NCBI GenBank assembly: GCA_048213135.1
Contig: PS015223.1
Coordinates: 77,801 to 121,986 of the forward strand
Length of the DNA stretch: 44,186 nt
Reading direction: 5' to 3'
DNA from: Reclinomonas americana ATCC 50394
Lineage: Eukaryota
This document shows, piece after piece, positions 34,420 to 44,186 of this stretch. The notes beneath the pieces were generated by a model. That model saw only the letters and a program-made list of their open reading frames with translations. It was not told the DNA's origin and did no database searches. Every line of letters begins with the position of its first letter. The first letter of the stretch is position 1. Both the position numbers and the translations under genes were made by a program.

Positions 34420-36448
34420 ATGGGTTGCGTGTCTCGCTGACATCACGCCACATGCAGTGCCTCTCACTCACAGTCTCCTCACACACACGCACATAGGTGT
34501 CAATCACTCGCACGACAAAGCCGCAGCTGCTGCGCCGCCACCGCCACCAGCAACAACACAGAATGGTCACAGTGCGCCACTCTCCTCACGGACTGTGACC
34601 TTCTCTGCGTCAGCTTCTGCAGCTGCTGATGTTGGTGGTGGTGGTGGAAGTGGAAGTGGAGCGGGAGGAGAGGGCTCGTCATCAGCGCCACCTCAACACC
34701 CCACACCATCGTCATCACCGACACTGGGAGCGGCAGCGGCGCCACCACTCAGTTGCGTGAGGCTCTCTCTCTCTCACTGTGTGTGCGCGCGTGTATGTGT
34801 GTGTGACAGGCGCATGCAGGTTCATTCTCGCACAATGCGAAGAAGAAGGTCCATGTGAATGCCGTGGGCGAGATCATCTACAAGGACACATCGGCGTGGG
34901 ATCTCATGACGGCGATTCAAATGGGTGTGCGATACACGGTGGGTATGACTACACCGCGTATGGGAGTGGCGGCGGCGCTCGACGAGCCCACGGCTGTCGA
35001 TTTTGCCGAGGTGCAAAAGATTAGTTTTCCAAGTGAGGGCACCAGCACAACGCCGGCGCACCCCGCCAAGGTTTGTCTGTGTCTACAATTGTGTGTGTGT
35101 GGCACCTCCTCGTCTGTGGCGCTGATGCGGGGCGATGCGCAGAGCTTCCGCTTCAAAGACTACGCGCACAAGGTTTTCGCTCGAATACGCCAATTGTTTC
35201 ACGTGGACCCCGGCGACTACATGCTGTCGCTGTGCGGCGAAGACTCGCTGCTGATTCTGGGCACGCCGGGCAAGAGCGGTGCCATTTTCTTCTTCACCGA
35301 GGATCAGCATTTTATTTGCAAAACGGTCTCCAAATCGGAGGCCAAGTTTCTGCGCAGGATTCTGCCGCTCTACTACCAGCACGTCATGGACAATCCCAAC
35401 ACCCTGCTTCCGCGATACTACGGCTTGCATCGAGTGAAGCCGCGAGGGTCGCGGCGAGTACGCTTCGTGGTCTTTAACAACATTTTCGACACCGATCTGC
35501 TCATCCACGTCAAGTACGACTTGAAGGTGCGTGTGCTGGTAGAGCGGCGCTTGTTTGCGTCTGACCGCATCGTCGCCCCCCAGGGTTCCACCGTCGGTCG
35601 CAGTGTGGGCGACAAGAAGACGAAGCGCGGCGCCATCCTCAAGGATCTGGATCTCGAGGAGCCGCTGTATCTCGGCCCGAAACGTGATCTCTTGCTCGAG
35701 CAGATTGAACTCGACTGCGCTGTTGCGTCGTCCCGCTGGCTTTTCATTTGTAGTGTGGTGTGGTGCACTGACGATCCCGCTGTCGATGCACGCAGCTGCT
35801 CGAGGTCTGCAACATTATGGACTACAGCTTGCTGGTCGGCATACACTACGAGGATCGCGATGAGCCGGACGAGTCCGCCAACTTGGTGTTGCATCGTGTC
35901 GAATCGCGCGGCCGCCGCTTCTCCATTCTCATGCACAACTTGCCCGGCAGTTGCGTGTCGTCTCTCCTCTTCCCCCCCCACTTCGCGTTTTGATGGTCGC
36001 CGCATGCAGCTGGCAGCTCCGAAGGCGATCCCGAGCCCGACGCCGCCGGTGCCGCCAACGTCGACGATGGAGAAGACAAGTGCGTGGCGCTGTTCTTTGC
36101 TTGCCCGTAGGGAGTTGCTCATCCCGGCTGCCACCTTGCTTTCGCAGACTTGGAACCTCGGTCTTCCAAGAGGACCAGGGCGGCATTGTCGGCGTGGACG
36201 AGCGAGGGGAGCGTCGTCGCGAGACCTACTACATCGGCATCATTGACACGCTACAGGAATTTACGACGCGCAAGCAGCTCGAGTACACATTCAGGTCGCT
36301 TGTGCACGACAAGGTGCGTGTGGCGAGAGGGTTTTTGTTGTTACGTGCTTGTTGGACTCACTCGTGAGATCAGAGCGAGGTCTCGGTGAACCCACCCGGT
36401 CTGTACGCCGCTCGCTTCCAGCGCTTTATTGCCAGTATGACAGTGTAA
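34420..36448 (+). CDS. PIP5K: Phosphatidylinositol-4-phosphate 5-kinase
   Basis: Spliced motifs FRFKDYA, GKSGAIFFFTED..FICKT, TLLPRYYG, KYDLKGSTVGR, LKDLD, IMDYSLLVG, YYIGIIDTLQEF, SVNPP.LYA.RF. Start MG(V) at 34420 inferred from a phase-1 intron 34424-34496. Confidence 0.93.
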
Positions 36449-36569
36449 ATAGTAAACTGCGACGAGACGCACTTGCAGAACGGAGCTCGATAACGTAACG
36501 TCGCCACGGGAGGAGCCAGAGGACACGCGATTTTTCCCGCGCAAATTCTAATAGATTGAGTTGAGCGCA

Positions 36570-37261
36570 ATGAAGGGCGCTCCTCGTGGTGGTGGTGGTG
36601 GTGGCCCGACACTGCCACACTCTGCGCCGCGGGGACACGCGCTCGAGCACGAGAGCGACAGTGAGGACGAGAGAGAGAGCCTCGCATCGGCCGCTCGTCG
36701 CGGTCGTGTGACATTTGGAATGGTGGTGTTGTGTGTGTTGGGCCTGACTGTGGCGGGCGTGCTGTCCACTGCATTTGTGGCGCACAACTACCCCTCGCTG
36801 TTGGGCAAGCCAGTGGGTGTATCCTCCTCCTCACAGCTGCCACCTGCCGGCAATGGCGGTGTGCCGCTGGATGATCCATTCAACAAGCCGCGATTCGGTC
36901 CTCGCGGGCAGATTGCGTGGCCTTCGCGTGGTGGCCGTCGCTCGTCTGTCTCCAGCTACACGCCAACACGTGTGAGCACCAAGTCAAGTGTGCCGCCGGC
37001 GCCAGCTGCAGATGCTTCGCGGGTCGACAAGGAGGCCGCTGCAGCCTTGTCAAGTACAGAAACTGCATCGTCGGCGACAGAGCACGAGGTGAGTGCAGCA
37101 GCGAGTGGGAGAAAACAAAAAAAAGGGTTGAGGCGGGCCGACTGACTGCTCATGCTGCGTCAGGCGCCTGCAAGCCACGAGAATGAGGCGGTGACCACAT
37201 CGCCTGCGTCGGCTGAGGATCTGCATGCATTGCTGGCGACTTCACCGCCTCCGGAGCAGCC

Positions 37262-37294
<33 letters not shown>

Positions 37295-38933
37295 AGAGAC
37301 GGCAGCACCCGCTGCTGTGCCAGGAGTCGATGCAAGGGGAGAAGAGGAGAGAGGAGACGAAGATGACGAAGGGGAGGACGAGAGCTGGGAGGATAGTGAG
37401 GAGGAGCGCGCGAGAGGACTGCGAGGAAGCTCGCACGCGACGCTGGTGACCACATTCAGTAGCATACGAGACTTTGAGCGCCTCACGCAGACCGGCACCT
37501 GGTTCATCCTCTTGTTGCGTGCAGTTGTTCGTTGGCACTCGCTGCGGTATGTTAGCTGATGGACGGACTAAACGGCCGCGCAGCTATGTGCAGCACTCGC
37601 CGCCGTGTGAAAAGATGATGCACGTGTTCTCCAGTGCGGCTGCTGATGTGGCCAACATGCACCTGTCGGTCAAGTTTGGCGCCTTTGAGTGCAACGGCAA
37701 CATGCGACAAAAGTGCATCTCCCTGCAGCTGGCCGCTGTGCCGCATCTCGCCTGGTGCGCCCCCCAGTGCTTGTGATTCTGTTGCTGTGCACTTGTCCTC
37801 CCCTTGCTCACGACTACGCCGCGTTCTTTCCCCTTTCCCTCTCTCGATCGCAGGCGAGCGCACGGTGTGCTGTCGGCCTACAGTGGACAACGCAATCTGC
37901 TGCACATCATTCAGTTCGTGGTCTCCGCCTTCTCCCCCGTGCCCTTCACCACAGCGGAGAGCATCAATGAGCTGCCGTTGGACCACAACGAGGCGGTGGT
38001 AATCATGACGGCGCCCAAGGCGGATTCGGCATCGGCGGTGAGTGCACGCGAATCAAAAAACGACCTCTTATGCCTGTGAGCTCACTCATCGTCGACGACG
38101 ACACGCGTAGGTGGCCCTGCGCGATGCTTCTCTTGCATTTGCCACACGCGAGACGGTCCAGTTCTTCCGTATTCAGTCGCTGCGAGGCGTTGCGCGGCTG
38201 CAGGGCGAGGTGCGAGAGGAGGCCAAGCATTGCAAGCACGCCGGTACACTGTTGCTCAATCGTAATCGAGAGCACTTTTACTGTGCGGGTGCACTTGCCG
38301 ATCCAGTTGCGCATACCACCACCACCGCGATTGCAGCCCTCTCCTTGTTGTGTGACTCTGATCACGTGGCGGTGGTGATTCCACAGACGCAACTCGGCAA
38401 CTGGATTCACAACCATCAGCTGCCGATCGCACCACAGTTCAATCGGGAGATGATGGACATTGTCCGCGACTCTGTTGCGTGCACGCCCACCACTCATTAT
38501 CGCTTACTTCCGCTCCTCAAAAGTCATGCCTTGCGTCTCACTCACCGTGCAGATTCGCGCCCCCGTATTTGTGCTCGTGGTGCTTTCCGACTCGAATCTA
38601 ACGAGGAGCACCATGGCGGCTCTCGAGCAGGCCAGCATCCAGGACCCCTCACGATTGTACGCGTACGCGGCCTACGCCAACCAGCGGGATTTGTTCCTGG
38701 CCGAGCCCGTTCGAGTTGTCACGCAGCAATTACCCGCATTGGTGCGTTACGACTTTTTTGACTTGCGCAACTCGATCGTATCGGTGATCACCACCATATT
38801 GCCCGAGACGATGGTGGCTGCCGCCAAATCGATAGACGGGATCGCCTTGCCGGTGCCAGAGTCGGAGCCGGAGCCGGCGGCAGCGGAGCAAGCGGAAGAC
38901 AACCATGCGGAGAGTGCTAATGATCGGGAGTGA
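36570..38933 (+). CDS. Type II membrane thioredoxin/PDI-like protein with degenerate active site (SPPC)
   Basis: N-terminal TM (FGMVVLCVLGLTVAGVLSTAFVA) and a low-complexity stalk. Then TWFILF-YVQHSPPCEKMM...VKFGAFEC...C...QLAAVPHL...YSGQR (thioredoxin a-domain pattern) and b-like domains (WIHNHQLP). Confidence 0.7.
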
Positions 38934-38999
38934 AAATTGCATTAGGACTGTAAATATTAACTCGGCCGACCGTTTTTTCTCATTATCGCGAGAAAACGC

Positions 39000-41900
39000 A
39001 TGTCCGTGTCGGATGTGGGTGTGGCCGCAGCCGTGCCATCGGTCGCAACCGACTCGCAGCCAGTGCCATCGTCGTCGTCGTCGACTGATGCCGAGGAGAA
39101 CAGCAGCCTGTACAGTCAGGTGGTGGCCAGCTACCGCGCGTGCGTCGCTGGCGCCAGCAAACACCCCTCAGTGTCGGCCAAGGCGTGGGCGCACACCGTT
39201 CCGAGTGTGGGCGACGAGCCTGATGGTGCGATCGAAGCGGCGCAGGTGGCCAAGATGCAGCGCACCGTCGAGCAACTCGGTCAGCGACAATGGGGAATGT
39301 ATCATCGACCAGAATGCGAAGAGGAGCGACGTGTTCGTGAGTACGTTGAGTACTCACACATGGCGCTCTTCTTGTCGCGGTGGACAGACGCGGTACGTAC
39401 TCTACACCACTGCACACGCACTGTGTGGGTGTGCGTGTGCGGCGAGACGTGCCCGTGTCGCTCACATACACGTGCAGGTGCTGTTGCGATTGGAGTTGTG
39501 TGCACGAGCGACACATCAACTCGGCGGTCCGCGACCACCACTGCTGACGCTGCCTGACGTGCGGCCACTGCTGTTCCACGAGGTAAGGCGCATGCCAGAT
39601 GAGCCGAAACCTCGAAACTCAACACTGATGCGACCACAGATGACGCAAATGCCGGACTCGGTGGAGGCATTCATCACGCTCATGGAGCCGATTTCGACGC
39701 ACATTGATCACCTGGCCACCGCCATTGCTGAGAATGTGAAGCACGCTCGCGAAAAGGTACCAACGTGTGAGCGAAGGGAACGCGGTGCCTTTCACTGACG
39801 CACTGCGGAACACACCACAGCTGTTGCAGTTGCAGACAAGTGCCGGAAATGCGGCTCCTGCCAACGGTGATGGCCGTCGACCGCCCGCACACAGAAAGGA
39901 TCAAGCGACAGCTACCACTGCCACACCCACAATCGTCACTGCTGCTGCGACTTCCGTCGCTGCTGCTGCTTCTCTGCCAGCCGGTTCCACTCCGCAACGG
40001 AAGACCCGGAAACAGGAACTGGACGATGCGCACTTGACCATTGCCGTGCTCACGCAGCGACTGCGTTTGGCGTCGGAAGAGGTGCAAAGCACCAAGGATG
40101 CGGTACGTTCACAACACAGTGATCACGGGGAGGTGATGATGATGATGTGCATGCATTGTGACATGATCGCCACCGCATGCAGTTTGCGGAAACCGAAAGG
40201 CACTTTCAACAACTGTATGCCTCCTTGCAGGCTGAACTGGGCGGCCTGTTTGACGAGGTTGCGTTGCCCTTATTTCTTTCACTAAGGGTGGGGGTTTGCC
40301 ATGGCTGAAGGCAACCATGTCTGCGTGCGCGCAGTTTGAAAAGTCCAGCGCACGACGCGATCTGGAACGGGAGCAACTGATGCGAGAGTTGCAGACCGAA
40401 TTCACCAACGCGATTGACAAGGTTTGGCGAGCGAGAGGCGGCCAGTTCGGCTGGTGTGTGCACAGCGTCTCACCACACACACGCACTCAACAGATCAGGC
40501 AACATCAAGATGGTCCAGTGGGCGACCGGCGGAGATTATCGCTGGTTCGTCCGCTGTGCGCCAGCCAATCACTGCCAACTTTCTCTCTCTCTCTCACGCA
40601 TACATCGCTGGCGGTGTGAACAGAATGTCCCTGGTATCGTGCTACGCGACAATCCCGTCAAGAGCTGGCGTGAGGAACTCGAGTGCGTGCACGCTGTAAT
40701 CACTTTCACTTCTCTGCAAATACGCTGTACCGACGGTGACTGCAGAATTCAAGAGGGACAGCGCGTAACCGTGCACACGTACATGATCTCCATCGAGGAC
40801 ATGGCTCTACGTATCCGTGAGAGCCGCGAGCGCTACCTGTGGTTGCGAGACAAGATTCTGCAACCGGATACCGACGAGGTGAGCGCTCACCAATCAATAT
40901 CAAAAGTCGGTCGGTTTTGTGACTTAACAACATCGTGCCCCGTGGCAGCCGCTATCCTACGAAACCCTCAACCAGATAGTCAGCGAGGCGGACCAGCTGC
41001 CGGCTCGACCGTGCAGCTTTGCGCACAACGGAGTGCAGGTGCCCGACGAGAACGACGCCGTCGAGTGTGGCGTGCAAGCCGACGGCATTCTGCCACTCCG
41101 ACTTCTCGCGACTCGTCTTTGTGAGAGCTGTGCTTCGCTGCGCACCAACAATGCAGAACTCGAGCAGCAGGTCGCACAGCAGAGTGCGCACATCAAGACA
41201 CTGGAGTCCAGGCTGCTGCAAGTGACTCTGGAGCGCGACTCCATGGTGCGCGCACAGGAGATTGCCGACCGTCTCGGGCTTCGGTTGGCCACTCTGGATG
41301 AAGTGCACGACCTGCTGGTGGAGTCATTTGCGGCGCGAGCTGTGGCGGAGCAGGCGGTTGTGGAGTGTGCCGGGGCATTGTCACGAACACACGAACAACT
41401 GGTGGCACTGAAAGCAGAATTGGGTCAGCGGCGGACACTGGTCACCGACTGCAACGACAGTGCCACCGCCATGCTCGCCGCGGCACGCGAGACTCTCGCG
41501 CCAGTCATGGGCGACAGCTCCCGCCTTCTCGGACTGTGTGGTGACCTGGTGGCGAAGAGCAATGCTCTCCGGTACGTGTGTTGTGTTGTTGACCCTCCGT
41601 TGTTGTGGCAAGAGTTGTTGCTGACGTGCGGACGGGAAACACAAACACACACACAGTGAGCAGCCTGCAGTGTCCGAACTGGCGACTGATGAGGTGTCGG
41701 AGCTCGCCACTGGCCTGCACGAACTGCTGGTATGCAGCACCATGCAGTGCGACAGAAGTGGTGTTCACAGACTGACTTGTTCGTTTCACAAACCACAGTC
41801 AACAATGCGCACCGTCAACGTCCAGAATGTCGCCTCAATGCTGGTATGCTGCCACTGGAGCTGGAAAGAGGCAACATGCTGCCGTGCACTCACTATGTGT

Positions 41901-44186
41901 GGACTGCGCGTGTACAGAAATACTGGCAAAAGACGGCGACTGAGAAACACGGCTCCAATCCCGAGGTGGTGGACAAGATCACTCGTGCTCTCGACGCTGC
42001 GCTGGCGTACATTGCCGGTGGAACTCCAGCAGCTTCATCCCGCAAACTGATTCGCCGCCGCTCGTCACTCTCGCAGCAGCAGTTTGTGCAATTGCGCAGG
42101 CGGTCAGTGGCCTTGACGCATCCTGGGCGCAACAGGCGAGTAAGCATCGCAGCAAGGCAAGACGATGACGGCGATGGTGACGAAACTGGCGATGGACGCG
42201 ATGCGAGACGGCTGGCGAGCAGCGACGGTGCCAGTGATCTGAAGCAGTTAGAAGGCGACGGCGATGCACGGCGTGGCTCCCTCGCCGCCGCAACGACACC
42301 GACTGGCGGTCGACTGCACCGACGAGCAAGTCGCGGTGGCTCGATTTCATCAACGGTGTCGCCGCGTGCAAGCTTCGTGTTGCACAAGAGCTCGTCGAAT
42401 GCGCTGGACGTTGGGCCTGCGTCTGGCAGAGGAGGAAGTAGACGGACTGCAACACCGGAGCAGGCCTCTGCACGGCGTGAGGAACCATCGACACTCGCAT
42501 CAACAGCGGACGACTCGGCCGGAACGACGGCTGCTGTGGAGCAAAACACTGCGCCGGCTGCGTCGTCCCGCATCCACTCAATTCTGGACCCACTGGAACC
42601 GAAGGAACAACTGCAGCGCGAACATAAACAGCAGGAACAACAGCAGCCGTCAGCAGTCACAGCATACCCACAGTCGCCGTCGGACCCGCTTCTGGAGCAG
42701 CTCCTCCAACCGCACCCGAGCCAATCATCGTCGCCAGACGGCACAGGCCAGTCAGCACATCAAGAGCAGAAGCAGCAGCAGCAGCAGCAGGAGCAACAAC
42801 AACAACAGCAGCAACAGCCGCAGCAACAGCAACCACAGCAGCAGCAACCACAACAGCAGCAGCAGCAGCAACAAGAACGCCAGCAGCGCCAGCACGGTCA
42901 GCATCAACAGGGCGACGCGGCTCCTGGCGACGAGGCAGCTGCTCAGATGCCATCGGAAGTGCGACAATCGCAGGACCAGCCTGTGCATCCGCCTTCGACA
43001 CCAGCGGATGAGCAGCCGGCGCCACTGGCTACGCCACAAGCCTCACCGCGTCAGCGGCAGCAGGAGATTGGCTCCCTCCGACGGCTACAGGACCAGCAAC
43101 AGCAACAAGACAAGTCGCAACAACGAGGCTCGCTGCAACAGCTCTCCTCCCGCAGCCAACACCGTCACATTTCCCTCGACCAGGCGCCAGTGTCGTCATC
43201 TCCTCGTGCACCTGACAGCGTGCGCCGACCCAAGGCACAGGCGCTGACGTTGGATCCAGCCAGCCAACGATCCATCGTGATCCAACCAGACATTGGCGTA
43301 CCGCTGCGAACTCACCCACCAGTCGCATCGAAGCCGACGCTGAAACCGATTGCAGTATCGACACCAAAGGCCACTGCTCCACCTCCGCAAGCACTGGACG
43401 TCGATGCGGCGAAGCCAGTGCCCGAGCCAACGCCAGAACCAGCTGCATCGTCACCTGCAACAACAACAACAGCAGCAAGTGACGCCACACCCGCGGCCGT
43501 CGACACGGCAACGGCTGACGACCCGGCCGCAGTGACCGTGGCTGACTCACAGCAAGAGGCCGATGCCGCGCCGGCAGAAGTGCGCCCAGAGCCTGTGGTG
43601 AAGAGGAGAATTCGAGCGCCACTGTACGACCCAAAGGCCTCACGCGATCGAACCGGATCAAGAGAGCGGCCGCCGAGTCGACCAACATCAATGGAAATCT
43701 CCGAATCGGCGGCGCTCGTGGTGGCAGCAGGCACGTCAGACCTGGACGACATTGGCACCTCCGTGCGTGGAGAGCAGCATCCGCCCAAGGATCCACTCTC
43801 GAAGAAGGAGTACCGTTACGTCGTCGTACGCACACCACAAGCAGCGCTGACTGACACGCACTGACCGACCGCGTGTGCACGACACAGATTTTGCCGTTTT
43901 CGACCCCACCGCCATGCTTGGCAACACGCGGCAGCCGCGCGCACCTGCGCATCAGGAGGCACCAAACCTGTTGCACTTGCGCAAGGAGGGCAGAAATGCT
44001 GCCAATCGGCGGTCACCATCGCCAGAACTGACGCCTGAGCCAGCAGCACGCGACAATCCCAACCCTCCGGTGCAACACGAGGTGACCCTCACTCTCGATG
44101 CAGACCTGCCGGTTGGCCAGGGTGCTGGTGGTCGGCGATCTCCACCACTACTGCCCAATCGCCGACCCGCTGCCTCACAGTCGACC
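39000..44186 (+). CDS. Large multi-exon hypothetical coiled-coil protein with polyQ/low-complexity C-terminal region; runs off the window
   Basis: About 13 phase-consistent exons joined by GT-AG introns. Heptad segments (40020-40420, 41140-41570). Frame still open at the window end. No family recognised. Confidence 0.65.
42760..42910 (+). repeat. CAG/CAA polyglutamine-coding repeat
   Basis: Interrupted (CAG/CAA)n encoding QQQQQQEQQQQQQQQPQQQQPQQQQPQQQQQQQQ. Confidence 0.9.

Noticed and set aside
2949-43821. Reading the GTTGCG sites as non-GT introns (exon keeps G, intron starts TT)
   Set aside because: That breaks phase or requires non-AG ends, and would turn the conserved thioredoxin F-Y into L-Y. 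GT-AG placement fits all resolved cases.
2326-44186. Alternative genetic code or stop-codon reassignment as the cause of fragmented ORFs
   Set aside because: Breaks are explained by phase-consistent GT-AG introns, and TAA, TAG and TGA each terminate conserved genes. The only in-frame TGA candidate is in an optional micro-exon.
1-44186. rRNA, tRNA or snRNA genes
   Set aside because: None recognisable by eye; a covariance-model search is needed to exclude them.

Overview
Gene-dense, intron-rich, GC-rich eukaryotic draft scaffold with eight N-gaps. It most likely comes from a unicellular flagellated eukaryote (it has a FAM161 centriolar gene); I cannot name the taxon. The standard genetic code fits (TAA, TAG and TGA all end genes), and the ORF track is fragmented by short GT-AG introns, mostly 55-160 nt. 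Hand splicing recovers about 16 genes: a partial SPCS2-like gene, a ~2450-aa FN3-repeat type I membrane protein, a WD40/coiled-coil/IRAK-Pelle-type kinase, a MAPEG protein, SMIM13-like, an EPC-N+PZP (BRPF/JADE-like) chromatin reader, a 53-aa twin-CX9C protein, FAM161, CLN3/battenin, an ERF4/CHIC-like protein, a GNAT, PIP5K, a redox-degenerate thioredoxin/PDI-like membrane protein, and several unknowns. The main discovery is a second class of 5' splice site. About a quarter of the donors I reconstructed (21 of ~80) read GTT-NN-G(T), i.e. GTTGCGT, GTTGAGT, GTTACGT or GTTTCGT: the ordinary donor hexamer with one extra T after GT. Of these 21, 19 follow an exon that does not end in G, whereas ~55 of ~59 ordinary donors follow G. 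This fits routine use of a +1-shifted U1 pairing register, known elsewhere only as a rarity. All gene models are manual, with no RNA or database support.
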